NCBI GenBank assembly: GCA_029856145.1
Contig: JAHQWK010000001.1
Coordinates: forward strand, 585,474-649,473
DNA: 64,000 nt
Direction: 5' to 3'
Origin: Promethearchaeia archaeon
GTDB taxonomy: Archaea; Asgardarchaeota; Lokiarchaeia; Sigyniarchaeales; SOKP01
The notes below the pieces were generated by a model that was not told where the DNA came from, did no database searches, and was given only the letters and a program-made list of their open reading frames with translations. Of the stretch, positions 48,767 through 58,967 are shown piece after piece. A program made the translations under genes and the position numbers. Within the stretch, counting starts at the first letter, position 1. Every line of letters begins with the position of its first letter.

Positions 48767-50671
48767 TTAGAGGTTTTTTAGCCTCTCTTGTTCTTTTTGC
48801 TTCTTTTTTTCTAATTTTTTCTTTTGCTTTTCTAGCTTTTTTCGCTTTTTTGCTTCTAGTTTTGCTACTTTTTCTTTTTGTTTTCTTTCTTGTTTCAATC
48901 TTTCAAGTTCTTGTTTTTTTTTTTCAATAGCTTCTATTTCTTTCCTCTCCTTCTCTATACGTTCTTTTTCTAATCTGATTTGTTCTTGCTTTACCTTTTC
49001 TATTTTTTCTAACCTTGCTTTTTCTAGTTGTTCTTGCCTTCTCCTCTCCTCTTCCTTTCGAATTCTTATCAGACGTTCTCTTTCTTGTCTTTCCTTTTCT
49101 TGCTTTTCTCTTATTTTTCTTTCCCTTTCCATTCTTTCAATTCTTTCCTGCTCCAAACGAATACTTTCTAATCTTTCTCTTTCTTTTCGAGCTTCTTCTT
49201 CAAGGTCAAAAATCCATTTTCCTACTGTTCGGAGTAATTCTTGTTTTTCTTTTAATGGTAATCCATAGTTTGGTTCCTTTTTCAAGAAGATGTTAGCATG
49301 TTTACTCATTTCCCATATTTTTTTCTGTTCGGTTGTTGTTGCGCTTACACCTATTTGCCTCATACTTTCTCTAGCGATTTCAAATGCTTGTCCAATAGAT
49401 CTCATTTCGTAGTCTTCATCTATAACTTTTCTAAGATATAATAAAATTTGTTTAACGTCAGGCTTAGGGGGATTTGGTAATGGTTTAGACTCTACCTTTT
49501 TGGATTTTAATGTTTCTAACTCAAATTTTTCTTGTTTGTGGTCGGGTATTTTTATGGGGCTAATACTAGGTTGTTGAATATCATTTTGGAGAAGATAAGC
49601 GGGGTACTCTTCTGTTTTAGACAAAACTGGGGTCTCTTTTTTTGCTTTTCTTTTAAATTGGACGGGCCAACTGACAAAGGAATACAAACGGTCTTCTGCA
49701 GAGGTAAAAATAGATTCTTTAGACGTTTTTGTATTGATTGATTTGCTTTTTTTCGAAGAGATTTGTGGTATATTGGAGTTTAGCATTGTCGATGCCTTTT
49801 CTGTTATAGAGAAGAGATACATTGGATCATACTCAAGATTAGAATAAATACTTTTCAAATAGTCAATATTACCTTCTATAACACTGAGATTTACATGAGA
49901 TATTGTTTCTTGTAAATGTTGATCTGCTGCAAAAATAATTCCATCTAATCCAGCTGTTGAATTTAGGTAAGAAGTATCGGGATTTCCTCTCATTTTATCA
50001 GAAACTAAAATTTGATTGTAAAAATCCCAATGTGTACTCAAAAGCATATGACCATCTTTAGCAATTTGATAGGAATCGTCTTTACGGATTCTTTCCATCA
50101 TTTCCAAAAATATATCTTTATTAGGTATGAAAACATTTCTCATTAATGCCCCTTTTATGAAAGTTAGATGATTCTCTGATTTATAAGACAAGTCTACAGG
50201 GACTTTAATCACTTTTTCTGCTATGATAACATCTCGATCTTCTTCTAAAGTTATATTTCCTGAAGTAGCCATGTGGTCATATACAAAGTCTGATAGTACT
50301 AATCCTGTCAATATTCTATTATCGGTAATATATTTACCAGATTCTAATTCAAATTTTAGGAAATAATATCCTAAGCCAAATAGGTAATGAAGCGTTCCTT
50401 TTGCAGTCTCAATTGAATAGTCATAACCGCTTAAAAATATAACTGCATCTGAGACTATTTTTGACACTGGATGATGGACATAGGTTCCTAATGTAGGATA
50501 ACCTAATAAATCACTCCAACTAGGTATCATAAAAAGAGAGTCATGGGGAAATAATTTATTCTCCTTTTTTTGTTTTTCAATTCTTTCTTTTTCAAGCTGT
50601 TCTTTTTCAAATCGCTCTTTTTCTAACCTTTCATTTTCCAACTGTTCTTCATTTATTTTCTCTATTCCCAT
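48767..50671 (-). CDS. hypothetical protein with globular N-terminal domain and E/K/R-rich single-alpha-helix-like tail
   Basis: ERLEK-type repeats at both ends; globular domain FMIPSW.DLLGYPTLG. Confidence 0.75.
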   Translation of the reverse strand: MGIEKINEEQLENERLEKERFEKEQLEKERIEKQKKENKLFPHDSLFMIPSWSDLLGYPTLGTYVHHPVSKIVSDAVIFLSGYDYSIETAKGTLHYLFGLGYYFLKFELESGKYITDNRILTGLVLSDFVYDHMATSGNITLEEDRDVIIAEKVIKVPVDLSYKSENHLTFIKGALMRNVFIPNKDIFLEMMERIRKDDSYQIAKDGHMLLSTHWDFYNQILVSDKMRGNPDTSYLNSTAGLDGIIFAADQHLQETISHVNLSVIEGNIDYLKSIYSNLEYDPMYLFSITEKASTMLNSNIPQISSKKSKSINTKTSKESIFTSAEDRLYSFVSWPVQFKRKAKKETPVLSKTEEYPAYLLQNDIQQPSISPIKIPDHKQEKFELETLKSKKVESKPLPNPPKPDVKQILLYLRKVIDEDYEMRSIGQAFEIARESMRQIGVSATTTEQKKIWEMSKHANIFLKKEPNYGLPLKEKQELLRTVGKWIFDLEEEARKERERLESIRLEQERIERMERERKIREKQEKERQERERLIRIRKEEERRRQEQLEKARLEKIEKVKQEQIRLEKERIEKERKEIEAIEKKKQELERLKQERKQKEKVAKLEAKKRKKLEKQKKKLEKKKQKEQERLKNL

Positions 50672-50757
50672 AATACCAACTCTAAATATATTTTTTAATT
50701 TAAAAATAAAAATGATTTTTACATATTATAAATACTTACTATTAATTTATGATTTTA

Positions 50758-51051
50758 TCATTTTTTCTCAATATTTTTCGGCTTCCAGTATACACGATTC
50801 ATTAATAGTGGATTAAGCTTGATAGCACCTGGGTTCGGGCACTCATCTACACAGCAACCGCAATACCAGCATTCTCCGGGATATAGTACGATTGGAGGGT
50901 TTCCTTTCTCTGGATTTGGTACAAATATATCTATTTGGCATACTTCCATGCATCTATTACACCCATTGCAAATATCAGGATTAAATATTATAGGATTCGA
51001 AATTCCTGGTTCGGGAATTGCATAAACTTTTTTATCCATTATTTTATTCAC
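50758..51051 (-). CDS. 2[4Fe-4S] ferredoxin, AprB-like
   Basis: CNGCNRCMEVC and ECWYCGCCVDECP; overlaps the stop of the flavoprotein gene. Confidence 0.85.
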   Translation of the reverse strand: MNKIMDKKVYAIPEPGISNPIIFNPDICNGCNRCMEVCQIDIFVPNPEKGNPPIVLYPGECWYCGCCVDECPNPGAIKLNPLLMNRVYWKPKNIEKK

Positions 51052-52991
51052 CCTCCAATATAATTTTTATTATGAGATTCGTAGTTCTCTTTAAGAGAAC
51101 CATAATAATCAATGGGCTTTTCACCAATCTCTACTTGGTTATTCTCAAGTCTTACTGTAATAAATTTATGCCACTCAGGCGGATCCATTTCTGGATAATC
51201 TGATCTCTTAAAGTGCAACTGCTTAGAGCTTGCTTTCCGCGCTAAACAAGAATGAATTATTAACTTAGCATTAGTAAGTATATTTAGAACTTCCAGTGAG
51301 CGTATTAATTCATGAGGATTAAGAGCACGTAACTTAGGTGCTTCATTTTTTTCCATTTGATCTAAGTGTTTTAATCCAATATTTAAGAGTTCTTCGCTCT
51401 TTATCGCACCACAATAATTTTGCATAATTCTTGTAATATGCATATTAAATTCTTTCCACCCTATTCCATTCTCTCTATTTAAAAGGGAATAAATACGAGT
51501 TTTTTCTGCTTCTACTTGATGATAATCTATCACAGCTTCAGAGATTATCATCGCATAATCAGCAGCGTGCCTTCCAGCGTAATAACCCGTAGCTGCGGCA
51601 TGACCATTGCAATCTGAAGCAAATAGTTGATCACCAGCAGCATAAAGTCCTTCTAGATTTGTTCTCAACTCCCAATCATTAAAAATTCCACCGGGAACTC
51701 CGAAAAGTTGCCGTTCTCGTGGTAGAAAAGAAGCCGATGTCCATCCTTCTCCATAACTTTGAAGTAAATCACGATTAGGATTAAAATCTTCTCTTGTATA
51801 GGTATCCAGTATTGGAATTTTTGATTTTCCTTCTTCTCCTACCATTAAACCCCAGATTGCCTTTCGTTCAAGTTCGGGCATACTAGGCAAATCAGCATAA
51901 AAAGGTAGTTTAAAACCTTGTTTTAAAAGATCTTCAAATGGAAGAGTATCAGGTCCTAAGTATTTGTACAAATGAAAATCAGATTCACCCCCTCCTTTTA
52001 GGAAAAGTTTTTGCCCTGGAGCTGGTCGATATCGTTGAGAAATTTTTTTAAGTATATTGCCATCCCTATCAATCCATGGAACCTCTTTACCGTTCGCATC
52101 AACCATTGAACAGGCATACCATGTATTATGAGTATTACCAGTTCCATAAGGAGGAAAGCTTCGCTCACCCGACCATAGTCCTCTTAAGGACTTTTCCATC
52201 ATAGCAAATTCGACACCTGCTTCCCAACCCATGGCATGACCGTCCCCCATACACTGAAGTGGACGGAATTCAGAAATTCCTGGAAATCCTGGAGAAAAAA
52301 GCCAAATTCGCGTTGGACGAGCCATGGATAATATGGTTGCTTTGGCTTTAAAAATAATATATTCACCCGTTCGTCCATTTACCCCTATTCCTCCAATAAT
52401 CTTTGCTCCTTGCTTACCTCCTTCTGTTAATAAACTTGTAGCCATAGTTCTATCATAAACCTCAACACCTAAGCGTTTACATTCCTTATAAAGAGCTGGC
52501 TTAAAGGTTGTTCCCCATACTCGTAAGGTGTACTTATTTTCATAGTCATAAGCGAATAAGAATTTAGTTTTTTCATCTCTAAACTCAGCACCATTAAACT
52601 CATCTTCCGTGTCCCTAATCTTCCCGCCCATTTTTTCCAAGTCTAAAAGTCTATCATAACCTTCCCTACATTCGATGTAATGTGAAATTCCATTATTATA
52701 GCCATTATGATCTTCAATCATAGCCATTGTGAGCTCTTCGGGGGACACCTGTGAACAAGGATTGGTTGTTGCGGATTCCCAATGATCGCATCCAGATCCA
52801 CCTGCACCACTTCTTATTGTTGCTCCTTTTTCAACAAGAGCTACTTTTACTCCTTTTTTTGCCGCGGCTATTGCAGCCCAACAGCCTGCTATTCCTCCCC
52901 CCAAAACTAAAACATCAGAGGTTATTTCTTTTTTCGTATTCCATTTTATAGGATAAGGCCATTCAAATTTATTAAAAATTTGGTCTCTCAC
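51048..52991 (-). CDS. FAD flavoprotein of the AprA/SdhA/FrdA superfamily (AprA-like)
   Basis: DVLVLGGGIAG, EKG...RSGA, GDGHAMG, GLYAAGD, ARKAS...H.RSDYP. Confidence 0.85.
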   Translation of the reverse strand: MRDQIFNKFEWPYPIKWNTKKEITSDVLVLGGGIAGCWAAIAAAKKGVKVALVEKGATIRSGAGGSGCDHWESATTNPCSQVSPEELTMAMIEDHNGYNNGISHYIECREGYDRLLDLEKMGGKIRDTEDEFNGAEFRDEKTKFLFAYDYENKYTLRVWGTTFKPALYKECKRLGVEVYDRTMATSLLTEGGKQGAKIIGGIGVNGRTGEYIIFKAKATILSMARPTRIWLFSPGFPGISEFRPLQCMGDGHAMGWEAGVEFAMMEKSLRGLWSGERSFPPYGTGNTHNTWYACSMVDANGKEVPWIDRDGNILKKISQRYRPAPGQKLFLKGGGESDFHLYKYLGPDTLPFEDLLKQGFKLPFYADLPSMPELERKAIWGLMVGEEGKSKIPILDTYTREDFNPNRDLLQSYGEGWTSASFLPRERQLFGVPGGIFNDWELRTNLEGLYAAGDQLFASDCNGHAAATGYYAGRHAADYAMIISEAVIDYHQVEAEKTRIYSLLNRENGIGWKEFNMHITRIMQNYCGAIKSEELLNIGLKHLDQMEKNEAPKLRALNPHELIRSLEVLNILTNAKLIIHSCLARKASSKQLHFKRSDYPEMDPPEWHKFITVRLENNQVEIGEKPIDYYGSLKENYESHNKNYIGG

Positions 52992-53112
52992 TCGTTATTT
53001 CTCCTTTTTAAATTTCAAATTTAAATCTATTAAGTATTTCTAGAACAATAAAACAAATAAAGTAATTTGATAAATATAAATAATAACAGAAATAAATTTC
53101 AATTTTTAGATT

Positions 53113-53490
53113 ATGTATAAAATTGAGAAAATAGGAAAATATCATCTCTATACAAAGATAATAGGTACATTTCCACCTTCAGTAGCGAAAAAATTCATTG
53201 ATGAATTTGAAGAAAAGACGAAAAATCTAAAAATGTTTTCAGTAATAGTTGATGGATTAGACTTCATATTATTAAATCTCAAATCATTTGAAATTGTACT
53301 AGAATTTCTTAAAAAGAATAATGATAGATTAGTTAAGTCTGCATATATCATTGCACGAAATCCTGTTTTGGATAAAGAAGCTCAAATCTTGTTAGATAGA
53401 GCAGATTCTCCAAAAAGGAAGATTGTAGAAAATCTTGATGATGCTAAAAAATGGATTGGTATCAGTGAAATAAAAATAGAAAAAGATTAG
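53113..53490 (+). CDS. STAS/SpoIIAA-like small protein
   Basis: SVIVD, KSAYII, ENLDDAKKWI terminal pattern. Confidence 0.6.
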   Translation: MYKIEKIGKYHLYTKIIGTFPPSVAKKFIDEFEEKTKNLKMFSVIVDGLDFILLNLKSFEIVLEFLKKNNDRLVKSAYIIARNPVLDKEAQILLDRADSPKRKIVENLDDAKKWIGISEIKIEKD

Positions 53491-54317
53491 CCTTCTCTTT
53501 TAATTTCTTTATCATTATAATTAATATTTAATCTTTTTTTACACAGTTCAATAGCTTTTGGATTATTATCTACCCCAATCCATTTTCTATTCAATTTATT
53601 AGCTGCCGCTAAAGTTGTACCTGTTCCACAAAAAAAGTCAACTACAAGATCTCCTTTATTCGATGAAGCTAAGATGATACGTTCCAATAATTTTTCTGGT
53701 TTCTGAGTAGGATAACCAAGATATTCTTTTGATCTTGTAGTGGTTTGAAAAGAATAGATATCATTCCAGACATCCCCTAGAGCATTGCCAGGTTTTTCGT
53801 CTAAATATTGTTTTCCCCCTCTTCTTTTTCTATAAAGACGTCCGTTTTCATCTTGATAGCGGAACATTTTTCTAATATATTCTTCTTTATATGGCGTATA
53901 TTGCTTGTTAAAAGTAAAAATATCAGATTTTGTATAATATAAGATAGTGTCATGTTGGCGTACCCATCCTTTTACTTGACTTTTAAATCCAGACACACTT
54001 CCTACATTCCAGATAATTTCTCTTCTAAAATTTATTCTGCCAAAAATGTTATCACATAAAACTTTTAATTCAAAAGCTGCATTCGGATCACAGTGACAAT
54101 AAAAACTTCCAGAATTTTTGAGAACCCGATACATCTCCCCAATTCTCGTCTTCATAAAATTAATATAATCATCGAGGGAATTCCATAAATCAGAAAACTC
54201 TTTATAATCCACTCCACTAAAAAAAGGTGGATCTATATAGATTAAATCAATTGAATCGGAATCAAGTTTTTTTAGAAATTCTAAGTTTTCTGCCAAATAG
54301 ACGGAATTAATTTTCAT
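53487..54317 (-). CDS. N4/N6 DNA methyltransferase (beta class), apparently orphan
   Basis: LIYIDPPF; YPTQKPE.LL.RII; DFFCGTGTT. Confidence 0.92.
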   Translation of the reverse strand: MKINSVYLAENLEFLKKLDSDSIDLIYIDPPFFSGVDYKEFSDLWNSLDDYINFMKTRIGEMYRVLKNSGSFYCHCDPNAAFELKVLCDNIFGRINFRREIIWNVGSVSGFKSQVKGWVRQHDTILYYTKSDIFTFNKQYTPYKEEYIRKMFRYQDENGRLYRKRRGGKQYLDEKPGNALGDVWNDIYSFQTTTRSKEYLGYPTQKPEKLLERIILASSNKGDLVVDFFCGTGTTLAAANKLNRKWIGVDNNPKAIELCKKRLNINYNDKEIKREG

Positions 54318-54354
54318 ATAAAAATTAATAATAATATATCGAGATTAATATATT

Positions 54355-54738
54355 ATGGAAAAAGAACGATTAAATAAGAATTTCTTGGCTGAATTCAAAA
54401 AATATAATTTTTCAAGAATACGAGAGAATAAAATTTATTTAGTTGGCTCTATTCGCTTTAAAGATTATTTTATTAAAATTGAATCAATATTGCAAATTAT
54501 TTATAAAAAACTTGTAAGTATCTGTTCGGTAGACGGTTTAATAAATAAAGAAAAATCTTCAATTGAAGAATGGGATAACCTACAAGAAATAGCACTAAAA
54601 AAATTGCATGATCAGGAAGCTATATTAGTGATTGAGATTAATAATTATATTGGTGAACAATCTAAAGAGGAAATAGAATATTTTAAAAATAATTTGAAAC
54701 GGCCTATATATTTTTTATCGAAATTGAAAATTAGTTAA
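54355..54738 (+). CDS. hypothetical protein, nucleoside-deoxyribosyltransferase-like flavodoxin fold
   Basis: IYLVGSIRF...AILVI....YIGE.S.EEIEY....PIYF pattern. Confidence 0.5.
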   Translation: MEKERLNKNFLAEFKKYNFSRIRENKIYLVGSIRFKDYFIKIESILQIIYKKLVSICSVDGLINKEKSSIEEWDNLQEIALKKLHDQEAILVIEINNYIGEQSKEEIEYFKNNLKRPIYFLSKLKIS

Positions 54739-54940
54739 TTCTTAAATCTAATTATTAATAACTTTTAAAAGAGAAATATAGTGCCCTTTCTTTTTCATTT
54801 AACCTTTAAAGGTTCCTTTGAATATGATTAAAAATCAATAATCTAAACATCTCAACATATTTTTAAGACCTATCAGCTTAATATCTTCAAATTCGATAAA
54901 TTGTAATATCTAAGTACAAGATTGAGGGTTTCAAACTATA

Positions 54941-55912
54941 ATGGAATTGTTCCAGGTTTTTTGGGACGACCAAAAGAAACTTTTTTTAGAATTCAAAAAA
55001 GAAGAGAACGAAAAACTAGTTTATCTCCCCAATAATATAAGACGCTTAAATATACAATTTGAAATTTCAAAAGAAGAAGTATTCTATAAAGAACCTCCTT
55101 ACCTTATTTCTATTAAAAAGATTTTTCATTCAGGTGAAACACTTGCCTTCACTGTTGATTTAGATTTAATCAATAATCTTGAAGATCTTCAAATTAAGAT
55201 TTTACGATTACATATTTTTCTAAACTCAGGTCAACGAATTGAGCATTCATTCAGAGAAACCTTTAAAGTATCTGAAATTGATTTTAATGAGGAATGCTAT
55301 ATAGGATTCGAATTTGAGGATTTGAACCCAAACAAAAATCTAAGAAGTACATTTACCCAAGAAAAAATCTATGAAGAAATTAAAACAAACTTTAATAAGA
55401 GCGAACAAAAAAGAACTGTTATATATGAAAAGAAAAGAGTTGAAAATATTCCTGAAGATTTTTCCATAATTTCAATGGTCAGTGAAAGCAATAAGTCTTT
55501 AAAAAACATTGAAGAACAACTAAAAAATTTAGCAGTCATATTGAAAAACATGAGTTTCAATAATACTCAGTATCTCCCCCCAATTCCTGTTAAAAGGAGT
55601 CAAGAGCCTGGTATTGAAAGAATAAGAAGACTCCCTTCTAATTCTAACTTACTTCAAAGTGGAGCGCCTTCAGCAAAAATTTTAGTAATCAAAGAAATGA
55701 AATCTATTTTTAAAAATTCTATCGATGAAAATACTGATTTTAATATAAAAAACATTTTAAAACCTATGAGCGAAGAAGATCTTAAAGCTATTACACTTTC
55801 TGACGAACTTTTAATGAAGAAAGAACAAGAATCTATAAAAAATCAAATTAAACGATTAAAAAATAAACAAAAGGAACCACTTGCGCTGGAGAATTTAAAA
55901 GAACCTCAATAA
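54941..55912 (+). CDS. hypothetical protein
   Basis: 323-aa ORF with GAGGG SD; no motif recognised. Confidence 0.7.
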   Translation: MELFQVFWDDQKKLFLEFKKEENEKLVYLPNNIRRLNIQFEISKEEVFYKEPPYLISIKKIFHSGETLAFTVDLDLINNLEDLQIKILRLHIFLNSGQRIEHSFRETFKVSEIDFNEECYIGFEFEDLNPNKNLRSTFTQEKIYEEIKTNFNKSEQKRTVIYEKKRVENIPEDFSIISMVSESNKSLKNIEEQLKNLAVILKNMSFNNTQYLPPIPVKRSQEPGIERIRRLPSNSNLLQSGAPSAKILVIKEMKSIFKNSIDENTDFNIKNILKPMSEEDLKAITLSDELLMKKEQESIKNQIKRLKNKQKEPLALENLKEPQ

Positions 55913-56057
55913 ATCTTTTCTCACACTTTCCTTATAATAGAAGAAGATTATAATTATTTTTGAATTATTATTACCCAATTAATTACTAATAAATCTTTTT
56001 CTTTAATCGAGTATTAAATTATTATTAGGATTTGTTAATTCAATTGAGGTTAAAAAA

Positions 56058-56834
56058 ATTTTATTAAATTATTTTATAGGAACAGCAGGAAGTGGAAAAT
56101 CTACACTTACAGGAGAATTAAAAGAATATATTGTAAATCGGGATCCAGAAATATCTGTTATTACTATCAACCTAGATCCAGGAGTAAGGATTCTTACATA
56201 TGCTCCTGATATAGATATACGAGATTACATTGTTCTTGAAGAAGTTATGGAAAAATATGGATTAGGTCCTAATGGAGCTATGATATTAGCCTCTGATATA
56301 ATGGTAAATTATTTAGACGATTTAAAAGATGAGATAGATGAATTTAACGCAGATTGGATTTTAGTAGATACTGCTGGTCAATTAGAATTATTTGCTTTTC
56401 GTGAAACTGGTCCACTTATAGCAAGTGCTTTAGGATTTGGTTCAATTCAACGAGCAGTAAGTTTTCTTTTTGATTCAAATCTTGTATTAAGACCAAATGG
56501 TTTTATCTCCACCTTACTTTTAGCTGCTTCTGTTCAATTCCGCTTTAGAGAGATTCCTCAAATTAATATTCTCTCAAAAGTAGACCTTTTAGATGAAGAT
56601 CAAATTGAAATGATTGTAAATTGGAGTCAAGATTTTAAAGCATTAGAAGAATCTACTAGTGAAAGAGAGAGTGGATTAATCAGAGAATTATCAATGAACT
56701 TATCAGAAGTGTTTACTCAAATGGGTTCAACTGCAGAACTAATGCCTTGCTCAATTAAAGAAGAAAATGGGCTTGATTTATTATTTGGATATTTACAGAG
56801 GATTTTTGATTCAGACAAATCTAAATTTTATTAA
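56058..56834 (+). CDS. GPN-loop GTPase
   Basis: GTAGSGKST (upstream of the ORF-track start), NLDPG, LGPNG, DTAGQLELF, SKVD; start inferred at ATT 56058 after GAGGT. Confidence 0.9.
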   Translation: MLLNYFIGTAGSGKSTLTGELKEYIVNRDPEISVITINLDPGVRILTYAPDIDIRDYIVLEEVMEKYGLGPNGAMILASDIMVNYLDDLKDEIDEFNADWILVDTAGQLELFAFRETGPLIASALGFGSIQRAVSFLFDSNLVLRPNGFISTLLLAASVQFRFREIPQINILSKVDLLDEDQIEMIVNWSQDFKALEESTSERESGLIRELSMNLSEVFTQMGSTAELMPCSIKEENGLDLLFGYLQRIFDSDKSKFY

Positions 56835-56856
56835 AATAATCAAATCATTCAAAAAA

Positions 56857-57954
56857 ATGAAAATTATTGGCCCAATAGCTGGTATCGGTTCAAGATTACG
56901 CCCATTTACCTTAAGTAAACCAAAAGCATTCTTAACAATCGCAGGTAAAACTGTTCTGGATCATATTCTTAGTAAATTTAGTAAAACTTTTGATGCGGAT
57001 ACTGAATTAATTTTAATAGTAGGTTATAAAAAAAGACAAATAATGGAGTATATCAAAAAGAACTATAGTGAAAAATTTAACCTAACATTTATTGAGCAAA
57101 TTCCAAGAGGATATGAAGAAGGAATACCATATTATTGGGGTTTAGGGGAAGCCATCTATTTAGCACATTCAAGATTCAAAAAAGCAGAATCAAAAAATGC
57201 GAAAGAAGATAAAAGAAAAGGATCTCTTATTTTCTTGGGTGATATGTTACCTCTAGATGAGTATTCTTATCTAATGTATAAATATTGGGAATCTGATGTA
57301 GATGGGATAATTACCGTAATGAAAGTTCCTAAAGAAGATGCAAGCTCTTACGGTATTGTGGTTGTAAATGAAAATAATCTAATAAAAAAATTAGTTGAAA
57401 AACCTAAAGAGTTTGTATCAAACTTAGCTATTGCAGGACCATATTCATTTTCAAATACTGCTACATGCGCACTCTTCAAAAATCTTAAAAAATATCTGGA
57501 CCAGAGAACTGATGATTCGAAAGAAATTTATATGACAGATAGTTTACAGGATCTTGTAGACCAAGGATTTAAAATTGCCGCGGTAGAATTAAAACAAGGA
57601 ATCTTAGATTTTGGGCGCCCTTCTGAACTTTTAAAGGGAAATAAATATCTTTTAGAACAAAATTCTAGTAGGGTTGTTGATTTTCCAAAATATAATATAA
57701 CCATAGAGAGAGCCTTTTTAAAAAATCCTTGTTTTATTGGAGAAAATTCTAAGATTATAAATTCTGTAATTGGTCCTTATGTCTCTATTGGTAATGACTC
57801 CTACATTGAAAATTGTATTTTAGAAAACAGCGTTATAGAAACGAGAGCTTATCTTAATAATATTATCTCCCAAAACTCGATTATCGGTAGTAATGTAAAG
57901 GTTGAAAATATTAGTAAAGATAATTTGATTATTGGGGATAAAAGCGTCTATTGA
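56857..57954 (+). CDS. sugar-phosphate nucleotidyltransferase (RmlA/GlmU-like) with C-terminal beta-helix
   Basis: AGIGSRLRPFT.SKPK, GLGEAI, LGD, YGIV, VEKP, DFG; start at ATG 56857. Confidence 0.92.
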   Translation: MKIIGPIAGIGSRLRPFTLSKPKAFLTIAGKTVLDHILSKFSKTFDADTELILIVGYKKRQIMEYIKKNYSEKFNLTFIEQIPRGYEEGIPYYWGLGEAIYLAHSRFKKAESKNAKEDKRKGSLIFLGDMLPLDEYSYLMYKYWESDVDGIITVMKVPKEDASSYGIVVVNENNLIKKLVEKPKEFVSNLAIAGPYSFSNTATCALFKNLKKYLDQRTDDSKEIYMTDSLQDLVDQGFKIAAVELKQGILDFGRPSELLKGNKYLLEQNSSRVVDFPKYNITIERAFLKNPCFIGENSKIINSVIGPYVSIGNDSYIENCILENSVIETRAYLNNIISQNSIIGSNVKVENISKDNLIIGDKSVY

Positions 57955-58089
57955 ATAATTTTCTTATTGTTATATATTAAAACTTGGAAATTATGAATGA
58001 TAACTTCTATATATTATAATTAAATATTAATTCTAGAAATATTAAAATACTACATAATAATAACAAGAAATTGAGAAGGTAAAAAAAAA

Positions 58090-58932
58090 TTACTCTACAT
58101 GAACACCTAATTCTCTTAATTTCTTTATATCACTTCTAAAATTATGAGGTAACAGAAAGGCATTCATTTCTAACCACTCTAAATTCCTCAATTCAAACAA
58201 TGGTTCTAAATTCTCGACTCTTATATTATGAAGATATAAATGCTTTAATCTATGAAGACTACTTAATGGCCTTAAATCAGATATAGGATTATTAGATAAA
58301 TATAATCCTTCAAGATTAATCATTCTCTCTATACCTTGTAGACTAGATATATTATTGTTAGACAAACCTAAGACCTTCAAAGATTTGAGTCCTTCTAGAC
58401 ATGAAATCTCATTAATCTCATTAGTATCTAGCCTTAATTTCTTTAAATCTTTAAGATCTCCTAAAGCCCCAATTACCTTAATCTGGTTATTAGATAAAAT
58501 CAAATCAGACAATTTCTGAAGATCTTGAAGATTCTCAATTTTCTTTATTTGATTTGAAGCTAAATTTAAGTATTCAAGATTTATTAAACCATCCAAACCT
58601 TCTATCTTATAAATTTCATTTTTCATCAAAGAAAGAGATTCTAATTTCTGCAACTTTGATAATCCGTCAATCTTAGTTATTTTATTACCAGATATATAAA
58701 GACTTCTCAAATTAAAGAGACTAACAAGATTTTCAATCTGAGTAATCTTATTACTGGATAGAATTAATTCAACTAAATTTGGACTCCTAAGAGCTTCAAT
58801 CTTCTCAATGAAATTACCGGAAAGATTTAAAGAAGCTATACCCGAGATCCTTTCTAACTCTTGAACATCTCCAATTGATTTAATCCCACGATAACTTAAA
58901 TCCAATTTATTATACAGCATATGTACTCTCAA
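58090..58932 (-). CDS. SDS22/internalin-like LRR protein
   Basis: About eleven 22-aa L..L.LS.N.I..IE.L repeats. Confidence 0.92.
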   Translation of the reverse strand: MRVHMLYNKLDLSYRGIKSIGDVQELERISGIASLNLSGNFIEKIEALRSPNLVELILSSNKITQIENLVSLFNLRSLYISGNKITKIDGLSKLQKLESLSLMKNEIYKIEGLDGLINLEYLNLASNQIKKIENLQDLQKLSDLILSNNQIKVIGALGDLKDLKKLRLDTNEINEISCLEGLKSLKVLGLSNNNISSLQGIERMINLEGLYLSNNPISDLRPLSSLHRLKHLYLHNIRVENLEPLFELRNLEWLEMNAFLLPHNFRSDIKKLRELGVHVE

Positions 58933-58967
58933 ATATAAGAATTTATAATTTATATAAAGAAAGTTGA

